Notes: generated by a model from the letters alone, not told the origin. Counted from the first letter of the stretch, positions 37,080-49,951 are shown. The stretch: DNA of 64,000 bases from Neoechinorhynchus agilis (GCA_051530055.1 CM121342.1:4587489-4651488), one strand, 5' to 3'. Made by a program: numbers and translations.

Positions 37080-38344
37080 CTAAAAATTTCACAAAGCATC
37101 TTAAGATTGCCAATAAAAAGCACTTTATGTTTGAAGATTGAACAGTTCATGTTTGTTGTTTAATGTGACGTACAGAAATTAGAATGATTTTGGTTTTTTC
37201 TTCAAAAACAACTTGATCAAACGAAGGCTTACAAGATTGTGTGTCTTAGCCAAAATCATCATTTAATTTCTCTACGCCTTTATATCGATATCCCTGCTGA
37301 GTTTTTTCAACCTAAAACCGGATTTAGTGGTTTTCTAAAAGAAGAGATCGTGAAAGCAGTCCTCGTTGCAACAAAACTTAGATGCAATGAGAATTTGATT
37401 TGTCTATTCAGCAGTACAGAAATGAACCTGATCGTCAATATACGATGCCATTCTAAATGAAGTGAATTTCGCTATAATCAACATCAAAAACGGTTGAAGA
37501 CAACAAAGCGGACTACGTTTCACAGATGAGAGTCGTACAAATGTTATCCTAATCTTTTAGATCTTGATAAAGGCTCTCTATTGAGCTGAAATATCGATTC
37601 AATAAATTTACATAATTTTTGTCGCCGTTTCATTTTTCAACTGAATGAGATCTGTCTAGAAAACGTTTTTAGTCGTAGATTGGATTTTCGTGGCAAGTTT
37701 TAGCACAGATTCAAGATTTGGAACTACATTGCGACGACATCCCGGACGTGTTAATATAGAAACTTAATGGGCTTATCGGTTAAGGTATCTTCGCATCGTC
37801 GTTTTCCCTGCGGAAATTGTGATCGAACGGCATGCGCAATTTGAAATTAGAACCGTTTTGTAAATGGCGTTGAACGTACACGAAATTCAATATTCTTAAA
37901 ACATCATTGAAAGTGTTTTGAAATAAGCAAAGTTCAATCGCTTTAATTAGAAGATTTGAACGGTCGAATATCTAATGAACACCAGTAAAGATCCGGAGAT
38001 TTTATAATCATGAATCGTGCTAAAACTCCAACTTTTTTAATTAAGTTACACTTTTATTCTCTCATAAAGAAGATTGCGAATATTTTGATTAAAAGATTTT
38101 TATCACTTTTAAGATGAGGAGATTTGAACACATATTTGAACGCTCAATGGCTTGACCGTTTCATTTTGTTAGAGAAAACAAATAATTCTCAGTTCTATTT
38201 TGCATAATAATCACCATATATAAAATATTTGTTTTTTACACTTTAATTTTTCCCACGCCAAGAGGTGATTTGGCGTTTTTTCATTGGTCTTTTTTAAAAA
38301 AATTGTTTATGTTCACGAACAAAATCTTATTGATAATCAAAATG

Positions 38345-38480
38345 TAGTGGTCTTTACCCATTAGAGAACGTTTTCTTAAAGACGTTTCAATTGAAAACTT
38401 ACAAATAAACTGATGATGATGCAACGAAATTCTAAACGTCTCTAATAAAACGTTCTTTACCGGGCAAAGACCTAAATAAA
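38345..38480. mobile_element. Degenerate copy of the hammerhead-like palindromic element
   Basis: aaagacgtttc, aaactgatgatga...aaacgtc, and the end tttaccgggcaaagacctaaataa resembles tttaccgggtgaagacttctaaacaat at 59780-59805. Confidence 0.45.
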
Positions 38481-38501
38481 AAAATTAGGTTACTAATTAA
38501 C

Positions 38502-38722
38502 TTTATTTGTCTATAGGAGAAAATAAATGAAATTAAGATTTTATTGGATATTTCGATCCACTATCTCGGATATTCTTCAGCGATTGTTTTCGGAGGAAAG
38601 TTCGAGAAAGCTTACCAATCGCTCAAGAAGATCCGAGATAGTGGATCGAAATATCCAATAAAATCTTAATTTCACTTATTTTCTCCTATCGACAAATAAC
38701 AATGAATTATCTTTTCAACATG
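38502..38722. mobile_element. Foldback/MITE palindrome with apparent 10-bp target duplication
   Basis: About 85-bp inverted arms (38503-38587 and 38616-38699). actaattaac flanks it directly on both sides (38492-38501 and 38723-38732). Confidence 0.75.
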
Positions 38723-38825
38723 ACTAATTAACAATTTACCTTCGTTTTCAAACTAACAATTTACAAAAGTTGGAAAAGAACGCTTTGAAAGCTCACAGAT
38801 TATCGTATGAAATTAGTTTGGTTTA

Positions 38826-39101
38826 TTAAAAAAGCCGACTATACACAACAGCGGTAGAAATAAACGCTAAAATGCCATTTAGTGCTGACACTCGGATTGA
38901 TCCATTAGAAGTCGTGCTGGCTGTAGTTGTCGCGGTCGTGTTGCTCGGTACCGTAATATCATCAAACCCCGCGGCATTGTTCAACATCTCATGGCATTGT
39001 ATAGTGATTAGACAACCTGTAAGGGCAACACCTCAAGAAAAGACGAAAAGTCTAAGCTTACCCGTGAGAACGGCTAGAATAAGAACTCGCTGGAAACTCA
39101 T
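38826..39101 (-). CDS. Small secreted, probably GPI-anchored Thr-rich peptide, copy A (76 aa, 2 exons)
   Basis: ATG at 39101 and a 45-nt GT-AG intron (39061-39017). Protein MSFQRVLILAVLTGCLITIQCHEMLNNAAGFDDITVPSNTTATTTASTTSNGSIRVSALNGILAFISTAVVYSRLF has a signal peptide, N-glycan sequons and a hydrophobic tail. Confidence 0.75.
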
Positions 39102-39857
39102 TGTACGCGAGGACCAAAAATGAAGGATAGATGAGCACAATGACCTCGAGCGTCTCTATTTATACTCGTGAAACTTCACGCTCATTTACAATCAAAACGA
39201 TCTTCACGCCAATCAAGGCTCATCCATGAAAAATAAGATCCGGGGTGACCAGTCCGACAATGTTTCGTGTTCAGTTTATCATTCAAACATCAAAACTGAG
39301 GAAAACACGAAGCGCCTTGTCTCTTCACTTACGAATCCGAGAGATTATTGATCACTCTCAAGCGATCGGGACCGACGTCTATAAAACAAAACATTAAACG
39401 GTCATCTGATGTAACCAGAACCGAGTAGTGCTTCTTCGTTGGTCATCGTTTAAATAACCCTAAATCGAATAATTTGTTATGAATAGCTAAGAACATGATA
39501 GTTGTTTCGAGATGATGAGTTTTTAAAATGGATTCTATTGAGATCCTTCGATTTGAAATTTGTAGGACTCATTTTTGAAGCAGACTCTTAGATTGGGATA
39601 CGAATGGAGATAAATGCAACCATAACGAAAATTCTATATACTGACAACGTTTAGTTAAGAAAGCAAACGACATAAAACCCAAGAAGTTTCATTTGAAATC
39701 ACATTTCTTCAACTTTTTTGTTTTCTATGGGGAACCCAACAATATTGTAATCTATAGAGATGTGAATCTGACGAAAATTGAGAGCTCATTTTTTGACGGA
39801 TTGCGTATCGGTGCAATTTTTTCAGCTATTAAACTCGACGCTGTGCTGCCATTACAG

Positions 39858-42330
39858 GTTGTCTAATCACTATACAATGTCATGAGATGTCGAACAATGC
39901 CGCTGGATTTCAGTCGGATGATATTACGGTAGCGAGCAACACTACCACAACAAATACAACGAACACGGCCAAAACACCTGCAACAAACACGACCGAAACA
40001 ACAACGAACACCAAAACAACAACTGCAATGAACACGACCGCCAAAACTACAATGAACAAGACCGCAACAACAACGAACACGGTGGAAACACCTACATAAA
40101 TACGACCGAAACAATAGCAACAACAAACATGGTCGGAAAACCAACAACGAAAACGACCGCGGCAACTACAACGTACACCATCGCAACAACCACAACGAAC
40201 ACGGTCGAAACACCTGCAAATAACGCGACCGAAACAAAAACGAACACGGTCAAAAACCTACAAAGAACACGGTCGAAATACCTGCAACGAACACAAACGC
40301 GGCAACTACAACGAACTCCACCGCGACAACTACAACGAAACGGTCGAAACACCTACAATAAATACGACCGAAACAAAAACGAGCACAAAAGCAACAACTA
40401 CAACGAACGCGACTGCAACAAATGCGACGAACATGGTCGAAACACCTGCAACGAACACGACCGCCACAACAACAACGAACACGGTCAAGACACCAGCAAC
40501 GAGCACGGTCGAAACAACAACGAACACGGTCGAGACACCAACAACGAACACGGTCGAAGCACCAGCAACGAGCACGACCGAAAGAATAACAACGAACACG
40601 GTCGAAACACCTGCAACGAACACGACAGAAACAACATCAACGAACACAACCACGACAACTACAACGAAGACGGCAGTCACCAACAACGGACACGACCGCG
40701 ACAACAACCAACACGGTCGAAAAACCTACAACGAACACGGTCGAAAAACCTGCAACAAACACGACCGAAACAAAAACGAACACAAAAGCAACAACTACAA
40801 CGAACACGACTGCCACAAATGCGACGAAAACGGTCGTAACATTTGCAACGAACACGACTGCCACAATTACGACGAGCACGGCCGAGACAAACAACGAACA
40901 CGGTCGAGACACCAACAACGAACACGGTCGAAGCACCAACAACGAACACGGTCGAAACACCTGCAACGAACACGACAGAAACAACAGCAACGAACACAAC
41001 CACGACAACTACAACGAACACGGCAGACACCAACAACGGACACGACCGCCACAACAACGAACACGGTCGAAAAACCTACAACGAACACGGTCGAAACACC
41101 TGCAACAAACACGACCGAAACAAAAACGAACACAAAAGCAACAACTACAACGAACACGACTGCCACAAATGCGACGAAAACGGTCGAACACTGCAACGAA
41201 CACGACTGCAACAAATACGACGAGCACGGCCGAGACAAACAACGAACACGACCGTGACAAATACAACGAACACGGTCGAGACACCAACAACGAACACGGT
41301 CGAAACACCTGCAACGAACACGACCGAAAGAACAACACACCCTCGAACGACAACAACAGCAACGACAACGACAACACGAACGGCACAACAACGGACACGA
41401 CCGCCACAACAACGAACACGGTCGAAACACCGCAACAAGCACGACCGACAAAAACGGACACAAAAGCAACAACTACAACGAACACGACTGCCACAAATGC
41501 GACGAACACGGTCGAAACACCTACAACGAACACGACTGCCACAAATAGACAGGCGAAACAACCGTGACAAATACAACGAACACGGTCGAAACACCAACAA
41601 CGAACACGGTCGAAACACCTGCAACGAACACGACAGAAACAACAGCAACGAACACAACGACAACTACAAAACGGCAGACACCAACAGCGGACACGACCGC
41701 CACAACCAACACGGTCGAAAAACCACAGCGAACCTGCGCGACCGAAGCAAAAACGAACAGAAAAGCAACAACTACAACGAACACGACTGCCACAAATACG
41801 ACGAGGACGGCCGAGACAAACAACGAACACGACCGTGACAAATACAACGAACACGGTCGAGACACCAACAACGAACACAGTCGAAGCACCGGCAACGAGC
41901 ACGACCGAAAGAACAACAACGAACACGGTCGAAACACCCGCAACGAAGACGACAGAAGCAAAAACGAACAGAAAAGCAACAACTTCAACGAACACGACTG
42001 CCACAAATGCGACGAACACGACCGTGACAGATACAACGAACACGGTCGAGACACCAACAACGAACACGGTCGAAACACCTGCAACGAACACGACCGAAGC
42101 AAAAACGAACAGAAAAGCAACAACTACAACGAACACGACTGCCACAAATACGACGAGGACGGCCGAGGCAAACAACGAACACGACCGTGACAAATACAAC
42201 GAACACGGTCGAGACACCAACAACGAACACGGTTGAAACACCTGCAACGAACACGACCGAAGCAAAAACGAACAGAAAAGCAACAACTACAACGAACACG
42301 ACTGCCACAAATGCGACGAACACGGTCGAG
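39858..42330 (+). pseudogene. Giant Thr-rich mucin-like paralogue (exon 2 only, frameshifted TVETPTTN-type repeat array)
   Basis: Starts at the paralogous acceptor ccattacag|GTTGTCTAATC... and reads SNNAAGFQSDDITVASNTT, followed by about 2.4 kb of degenerate coding repeats. No signal-peptide exon or hydrophobic C-terminal tail was found. The frameshifts may be assembly errors. Confidence 0.55.
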
Positions 42331-42500
42331 GCTTTTCAACGAATAATTAATTTTTCGGTGTCTTTATGTTCACGAACTACATTTGGTTACAAATTTACTT
42401 ATCTTCGTATCTCCCTTCGTTTTAAAACTAACAATTTACAAAAGTTGGAAAAGAACGCTTTGAAAGCCCACAGATTATCGTATGAAATTAGTTTGGTTTA

Positions 42501-42944
42501 TTAAAAAAGCCGACTATACACAACAGCGGTAGAAATAAACGCTAAAATGCCATTTAGTGCTGACACTCGGATTGATCCATTAGAAGTCGTGCTGGCTGTA
42601 GTTGTCGCGGTCGTTGTTGGTGTCTCGACCGTGCTGGCTGTAGTTGTCGCGGTTGTTGTTGGTGTCTCGACCGTGCTGGCTGTAGTTGTCGCGGTCGTTG
42701 TTGATGTCTCGACCGTGCTGGCTGTAGTTGTCGCGGTCGTTGTTGATGTCTCGACCGTGCTGGCTGTAGTTGTCGCGGTCGTGTTGCTCGGTACCGTAAT
42801 ATCATCAAACCCCGCGGCATTGTTCAACATCTCATGGCATTGTATAGTGATTAGACAACCTGTAAGGGCAACACCTCAAGAAAAGACGAAAAGTCTAAGC
42901 TTACCCGTGAGAACGGCTAGAATAAGAACTCGCTGGAAACTCAT
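42501..42944 (-). CDS. Small secreted, probably GPI-anchored Thr-rich peptide, copy B (132 aa, four extra 14-aa repeats)
   Basis: ATG at 42944, intron 42904-42860. Identical to copy A plus 168 nt (4 x 42 nt, STVET(S/P)TTTATTTA). Confidence 0.78.
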
Positions 42945-43893
42945 TGTACGCGAGGACCAAAAATGAAGGATAGATGAGCACAATGACCTCGAGCGTCTCT
43001 ATTTATACTCGTGAAACTTCACGCTCATTTACAATCAAAACGATCTTCACGCCAATCAAGGCTCATCCATGAAAAATAAGATCCGGGGTGACCAGTCCGA
43101 CAATGTTTCGTGTTCAGTTTATCATTCAAACATCAAAACTGAGGAAAACACGAAGCGCCTTGTCTCTTCACTTACGAATCCGAGAGATTATTGATCACTC
43201 TCAAGCGATCGGGACCGACGTCTATAAAACAAAACATTAAACGGTCATCTGATGTAACCAGAACCGAGTAGTGCTTCTTCGTTGGTCATCGTTTAAATAA
43301 CCCTAAATCGAATAATTTGTTATGAATAGCTAAGAACATGATAGTTGTTTCGAGATGATGAGTTTTTAAAATGGATTCTATTGAGATCCTTCGATTTGAA
43401 ATTTGTAGGACTCATTTTTGAAGCAGACTCTTAGATTGGGATACGAATGGAGATAAATGCAACCATAACGAAAATTCTATATACTGACAACGTTTAGTTA
43501 AGAAAGCAAACGACATAAAACCCAAGAAGTTTCATTTGAAATCACATTTCTTCAACTTTTTTGTTTTCTATGGGGAACCCAACAATATTTTATGTTGAAG
43601 GATTGCGTATCGTTGCAAAATTTTCAGCAATTAAACTGAATTAAATGTAGGAACATTCCTTACTCGGCTTTTTCTTTTCATGCGGAGATATCTGAATCTT
43701 CGCATGGATGCGTACAAACTCATAGCCGTATAGTTCAAAGTCTAAGTGATTCAATCGATTTCCCGATCTAATATATCGTTTAGCAGTGTGTTTAAAAGAA
43801 AAAGTAAGTTATGTTCCAACACTTGATTAATACAACCGGCTTGCTAGATGACCTAAGCAAATTAAATATCGATCATAATCGTGTATCACTCGA

Positions 43894-44762
43894 TCAGATG
43901 ACATTTTTTGTATCATCATCTTCATCTTTTGGGAAGTTAACTACTTCCACCATCACTGGCACGCTCTCATTTTGACACGATTTATCCGTTTGCCTATAAA
44001 GGGCTCGATCTGTTAATTGAAGACGTCTCTTTCTTCTAGGCCTATCAGCCAATTGTTCAATAGGCAGTTGATTAGCTGGACCTATAGCTTCAGGGGTATT
44101 TGGTATCCCGATCGTCCAGAACTTATCTTCATCGATCACTTCACTTTTAGTTCGTTCACAAGTACCGAAACCTTCGAATGGCTGAGGCTTATGCCGATTA
44201 ATGCGTCTATGTCTGCAAGTTTGCTGAATGCAATTTAGCATTGAGGCAGCCGACTCAAGGCCGTTTTTCAAGTCAATTGTCTGAAATAGCCACGTCCCGC
44301 CAATCCCATTCAGACATTGTGATCTAATGCACTTCGGTGTTTTGCTCTCCAATAATTTAAACACGCAGAACATGCCATTTCTTTAATTTCGGGCGGAGTA
44401 GTGAACTTATCTTCTTGTGCACTGTTTTCAATATCCGGTTTCGGCTCAAAACGCATCCCATCCGATTGGAGATTATCGTAATGAGCTGGATCACTCAATT
44501 GATTAAGTTTTTCTGGACGTTCATTGCGCCAACGAAGAGCAGCATCGCTGTCTAATGAGTTGACCAGCGACAAAAGCTGCTCGCGTTCACGTCTAAGTCG
44601 AAAAATGGTTCTTTTGAGACTTTTGACATCGTTATTATATGCCTGGACAAGATTAAATACTGCCTGGCTAAAAGTAGAATCTCCTCTTGATCCACTTGAT
44701 TGAATTGGGTATTCGGATTCCAACGAAGCAGCAGTGCGTCCTCGTCTTTCCATGATGATCAA
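43894..44762 (-). CDS. Compact CtIP/Sae2-like DNA end-resection factor (2 exons)
   Basis: Two ORFs joined in frame by a 35-nt GT-AG intron (gtctgaatgg...ctatttcag). Short N-terminal coiled coil, then CSAC, RHR and FWTIGIPNT, matching the CtIP C-terminal CxxC/RHR/FW motifs. Confidence 0.65.
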
Positions 44763-46051
44763 TCTAAAGAAGTCGATGCAAAAGATGCAAGTAGCACAAA
44801 TCAGCGACTCTATCTAGACATTGCACATTAAAGCTCAAAAGATGAGGTTCTTAAAATGAATAGAGTGCAATAGGAACCATTTTGTTTTTATAACGATCAC
44901 GTAACTTTCGCTGGTGTAGCACTTTCAACGACCTTGAATATTAATGAGACCCTTTTGTTATCCAGCAAACAGATCGGCCTTGTTTCACTTGGGAGTAAGA
45001 GATGGCATATCAAATCCGTTACAGTCGGACTCGCTGGTGCAGCTGTCACAATCTATGATACCTGACATTGATAATCTCGTAAGCTTTGAACAAATCTTCT
45101 ACTCTAACGTAAAGTTTTTACTAAAAAAAGGAACATCTTTACTTTTAAAACACAAACAAAAATTGAAATTATCGTCAAAAATGCATCCAGCTTTAAAGCT
45201 TTGTGCTCATTGATTAGATACAGTAAAAAAACCGGGATTCGTCAACGAAACCAAACATTCATTTCTATTGAACATCAAAAAAGAAAATCCTTGGGGATTA
45301 GAGAGTTTGAGATGTGTGATAATCATAATCTCACGCATCCGGATAGAAAATATGTTCTATTGAACGCCTGGAAACGAAATATCTTAGATCAAATGTCTTA
45401 TTCGCCAACAAAAAACGGGCTAATAACTATTAAGGAAGTTTATCAATGCAAAAGCAAGTCCTTTAGGAATTGCGCAAGTCCTCAAAGGATGCTCATTTTT
45501 AGAATGGTTCCTACCCGAATGTCTTTTCCCGATCCTACCGCTAACACTTAAGATAGATTTCAGCGAAAAACAAGTTATTCCATTGGTTCTGAGGATTCTG
45601 CTCTACATTATAACCACATAATCTGAATTAGATTTGTCCGATGACTTTCGTTTGAGTTCACTCGGCTTCAAATACGACTAGACCGAAAACGATTAAATCC
45701 GAAATTGTTGTAACTGTTCCGTAATATTACTGTCGATGCGATCGACGGAGACGCATTGATATGACGAACCTCAGCTCTTTTGAGAGCAGAATAGCTGATA
45801 TAGCAAGTGAAAAGAAGTGCTGATATAGTGCCTCAATAGAAAAGAATTATGTTTAAATACGACTAGAAACGTGCCTAGAAAATGCTGAGTATTTTGTCCT
45901 ATTCGAAACTAAAGAAATCGTCCTCATTTTCTACAAAGATTTCTCCTAGTGATAGTTTTAAAACTTTAAACTCTTTTCTGCATTCAAACTTTGTGCGACA
46001 CACGAGCGCAAACTCATTTCCAATACGCACAATCATTTTGTGTCGATTCCA

Positions 46052-46380
46052 TTAGCCATTCTTTGTAATATTACTACTCCGGCCCATGAGTACTCCGACG
46101 AGAATTGCGATTATCAACCAATATACCAGACTCACAAGCCAATCAGTCCAATGAGTCGTTAGTTCGGGTAACTTCTCTTCGGCTTCTTGGCGATACACGG
46201 GATCCCGCAATCTCCGTCGGGCGTTCAATCTTCTCCTTAGACCTGGCTCAGGAGGAAGTGGTTCTTCAATGATTTTAGTACATAAATCGTTTAAGAGATC
46301 GAAAACGTCGCGATCAATGCGAACCTTATCGTTGTAGTCTTCTATAACGCGAGTAAGGACACTTGGACCGAACTTTGACA
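46052..46380 (-). CDS. ATG-less terminal exon encoding a C-terminal transmembrane helix (possibly the last exon of the SLMAP-like gene)
   Basis: About 110 open codons ending HWTDWLVSLVYWLIIAILVGVLMGRSSNITKNG*. Not in the ORF track because it has no start codon. Acceptor site uncertain. Confidence 0.5.
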
Positions 46381-46449
46381 GTGTTTTTATCGGTCACTTT
46401 TGGAGAATTCAAGTACGGTTTATTTAAGGAACATTTAAAATTTTAAGAT

Positions 46450-48670
46450 AAAAATAACCTAAGCTCATCGCACAATAGGCGGATTTTTTTTTCGAAATCA
46501 TTCATTCCAGGAAAAAAGAGGGCAAGACTTTTTAGTAAAATACTAAAAACTTTAAGACAAATCTACGCTCATTGCACAATGAGCGGATTTTTAAATTATT
46601 GATTCCTCAACAAAAAGGGCAAGACTTTTTAGTAAAACACTAAAAACTTTAAGACCAAAATCTACGCTCGTTGCACAATGGGCGGATTTTTAAATTTTTT
46701 ATTGATTCCTCAACAAAAAGGGCAAGACTTTTTAGTAAAACACTAAAAACTTTAAGAGAAAAATCTACGCTCATTGCACAATGGGCGGATTTTTTAAATC
46801 ATTCATTCCAGGAAAAAAAGGGCAAGACTTTTTAGTAAAATACTAAAAACTTTAAGACAAAAATCTACGCTCATTGCACAATGAGCGGATTTTTAAATTT
46901 TTTATTGATTCCTCAACAAAAAGGGCAAGACTTTTTAGTAAAACACTAAAAACTTTAAGACCAAAATCTACGCTCGTTGCACAATGGGCGGATTTTTAAA
47001 TTTTTATTGATTCCTCAACAAAAAGGGCAAGACTTTTTAGTAAAACACTAAAAACTTAAGAGAAAAATCTACGCTCATTGCACAATGGGCGGATTTTTAA
47101 ATTTTTTATTGATTCCTCAAAAAAAGGGCAAGACTTTTTAGTAAAATACTAAAAACTTTAAGACAAAAATCTACGCTCATTGCACAATGAGCGGATTTTT
47201 AAATTTTTTTATTGATTCCTCAACAAAAAGGGCAAGACTTTTTAGTAAAACACTAAAAACTTTAAGACCAAAATCTACGCTCATTGCACAATGGGCGGAT
47301 TTTTAAATTTTTTATTGATTCCTCAGAAAAAGGGCAAGACTTTTTAGTAAAATACTAAAAACTTAAGAGAAAAATCTACGCTCATTGCACAATGAGCGAA
47401 TTTTTAAATTTTTTATTGATTCCTCAAAAAAAGGGCAAGACTTTTTAGTAAAATACTAAAAACTTTAAGAGAAAAATCTACGCTCATTGCACAATGAGCG
47501 GATTTTTAAATTTTTTATTGATTCCTCAGAAAAAGGGCAAGACTTTTTAGTAAAATACTAAAAACTTTAAGAGAAAAATCTACGCTCATTGCACAATGGG
47601 CGGATTTTTAAATTTTTTATTGATTCCTCAACAAAAAGGGCAAGACTTTTTAGTAAAATACTAAAAACTTTAAGACAAAAATCTACGCTCATTGCACAAT
47701 GGGCGGATTTTTAAATTTTTTATTGATTCCTCAGAAAAAGGGCAAGACTTTTTAGTAAAATACTAAAAACTTTAAGAGAAAAATCTACGCTCATTGCACA
47801 ATGGGATTTTTAAATTATTGATTCCTCAGAAAAAGGGCAAGACTTTTTAGTAAAATACTAAAAACTTAAGACAAAAATCTACGCTCATTGCACAATGAGC
47901 GGATTTTTAAATTTTTTATTGATTCCTCAGAAAAAGGGCAAGACTTTTTAGTAAAACACTAAAAACTTAAGACAAAAATCTACGCTCATTGCACAATGAG
48001 CGGATTTTTAAATTTTTTATTGATTCCTCAAAAAAAGGGCAAGACTTTTTAGTAAAATACTAAAAACTTTAAGAGAAAAATCTACGCTCATTGCACAATG
48101 TTTTTTTTTTTTGTTTGAATGGCGGATTTTTAAATTTTTTATTGATTCCTCAGAAAAAGGGCAAGACTTTTTAGTAAAATACTAAAAACTTTAAGAAAAA
48201 ATCTACGCTCATTGCACAATGGCGGATTTTTAAATTTTTTATTGATTCCTCAAAAAAGGGCAAGACTTTTTAGTAAAATACTAAAAACTTTAAGACAAAA
48301 ATCTACGCTCATTGCACAATGGGCGGATTTTTAAATTTTTTATTGATTCCTCAAAAAAAGGGCAAGACTTTTTAGTAAAACACTAAAAACTTAAGACAAA
48401 AATCTACGCTCATTGCACAATGAGCGGATTTTTAAATTTTTTATTGATTCCTCAAAAAAAGGGCAAGACTTTTTAGTAAAATACTAAAAACTTTAAGAGG
48501 AAAATCTACGCTCATTGCACAATGGGCGGATTTTTAAATTTTTTATTGATTCCTCAACAAAAAGGGCAAGACTTTTTAGTAAAACACTAAAAACTTTAAG
48601 AGAAAAAATCTACGCTCATTGCACAATGAGCGGATTTTTAAATTTTTTATTGATTCCTCAACAAAAAGGA
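46450..48670. repeat. Tandem array, about 102-bp unit, about 21 copies
   Basis: attcctca at 47521 and 47623. Unit contains tctacgctcattgcacaatg(g/a)gcggatt and gggcaagactttttag. Confidence 0.95.
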
Positions 48671-48808
48671 TTAAAACCACTTTAAAGCGACAAAAAATAT
48701 ATTACGTTTGTGGTATTTTAGCGTATTTTAAGAAAAATCATCCAATGAATTTTATTTTTGAACAAAATTCTGACGTTTGTTCAAAGAGTATTTTAAATTT
48801 GAATTAGT

Positions 48809-49951
48809 TTAAAAAAATAGTTCAAAAGCGACAAGAGATAAGACATCATCTAAAATAAGAGCGTTATTAGTTTTAGTTTGCAGTCTAGTTTCAATTTCGC
48901 TATTGAGCGCAGCTTCGACGATTCTTTGAGCAGCTCTACAATCCACTTGAAGTATTTCAATTTGGCGTTCTTTAAGTTCTACTTCTCGTCTAAGATCGAA
49001 AAGTTGAGCATAGACTCGTTCCATTTCTCGTTTAAAAACTCGATTTTGTTCATAGACGCAATTTTCGTGTTGTTGTTGTTGTCGTTTTGGCTTTGAGCAC
49101 CGTTCTTCAAGTTCTGCAACTCTCATAAGAAGTGTATCTTCACTTAAACTAGCCTTCCAATTGTTTTCGGATTCTTCATTAAGATTCGTACAGCATTGAT
49201 TGAGTTGATCAATTCTATGAGAGATAATCTTTTGCATTTCAAGGCAATGTTCCATGATAAGCCTAAGACGAAGACGATCATCTTCAGTACTCCATCGTTC
49301 ACAAACGACACCATTCGACGGCGATTCAGGTCGGCATGGATGTAGGCGTCCAGAGTTGTTGAATAAAAGTGCTCGGACACTGACACATCGATGAGTAATG
49401 CTTTCTTCGGTTCCGGATCCGCCGCTGGTAGTGACATCCATTCCGAATCGAAGGACATCGCATGAGTAAATCCGATGAGGTTTAGACGCTTCGAGTCGGA
49501 CGTCGTTTAAATAAGTTCCATTGGACGAATTAGTGTCCACCAAATAAAAATGACCGGATTCGTGGTCGAATGAAAGTTTCGCGTGGTTTCGAGACATTAC
49601 TCGAGCCTCGAAGAGAGCGTTCGTCACTTCGGGAACTCCGTCCGTTGTCGATCGAGATATCACCAAAGTGTGACTAAATGAACAAACTCTGTACGGAAGC
49701 AGGTTAGATGGAGCCGTAGATGATACCAATCGAGTTTGTTGACCCAATAAATTCTGATTTATCGATACCAAAATCGCAATCGCTCCACCGCCATTGTCAC
49801 TCAATCTACTCATTGGCTGATGCCCAACTGCGTTCGGCGATGTAAGAGTATTCATTCCATAGGCGAATTGTGCGACTTTGTACACACACAAAACAAAATT
49901 CGATTCTTCTGTCTTTAACCTCTCAATCAATTCATAAATTAAAGAAAACAT
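48809..49951 (-). CDS. SLMAP: SLMAP-like FHA-domain coiled-coil protein
   Basis: FHA motifs ISRS...NALFEARVMSRNHA...FYLVDTNSSNGTYLN...DVLRFGMDVT...THRCV, followed by coiled coil. True start and 3' splicing are uncertain. Confidence 0.75.
   Translation of the reverse strand: MFSLIYELIERLKTEESNFVLCVYKVAQFAYGMNTLTSPNAVGHQPMSRLSDNGGGAIAILVSINQNLLGQQTRLVSSTAPSNLLPYRVCSFSHTLVISRSTTDGVPEVTNALFEARVMSRNHAKLSFDHESGHFYLVDTNSSNGTYLNDVRLEASKPHRIYSCDVLRFGMDVTTSGGSGTEESITHRCVSVRALLFNNSGRLHPCRPESPSNGVVCERWSTEDDRLRLRLIMEHCLEMQKIISHRIDQLNQCCTNLNEESENNWKASLSEDTLLMRVAELEERCSKPKRQQQQHENCVYEQNRVFKREMERVYAQLFDLRREVELKERQIEILQVDCRAAQRIVEAALNSEIETRLQTKTNNALILDDVLSLVAFELFF

Larger units (their letters stand above)
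38740..43640. repeat. Direct segmental duplication (about 38740-39835 and about 42415-43640) flanking the Thr-rich array
   Basis: The blocks are essentially identical over more than 1 kb, apart from the 42-bp VNTR expansion and a small indel near 39750-39795. Confidence 0.93.

Noticed and set aside
37200-38000. Possible gene divergent from MCM8
   Set aside because: Only a 73-aa ORF with a non-ATG start and no recognisable domain; cannot be supported.
39863-42339. Many long overlapping ORFs in both directions (Val/Cys-rich, Asn/His/Glu-rich, Arg/Gln-rich)
   Set aside because: The plus strand is almost T-free and repetitive, so stop codons are rare in all frames. Only the Thr-rich frame is homologous to the neighbouring spliced genes.
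44940-46000. Short ORFs between the CtIP-like gene and the TM exon, possibly a decayed RT
   Set aside because: No convincing motif in any frame and many stops.
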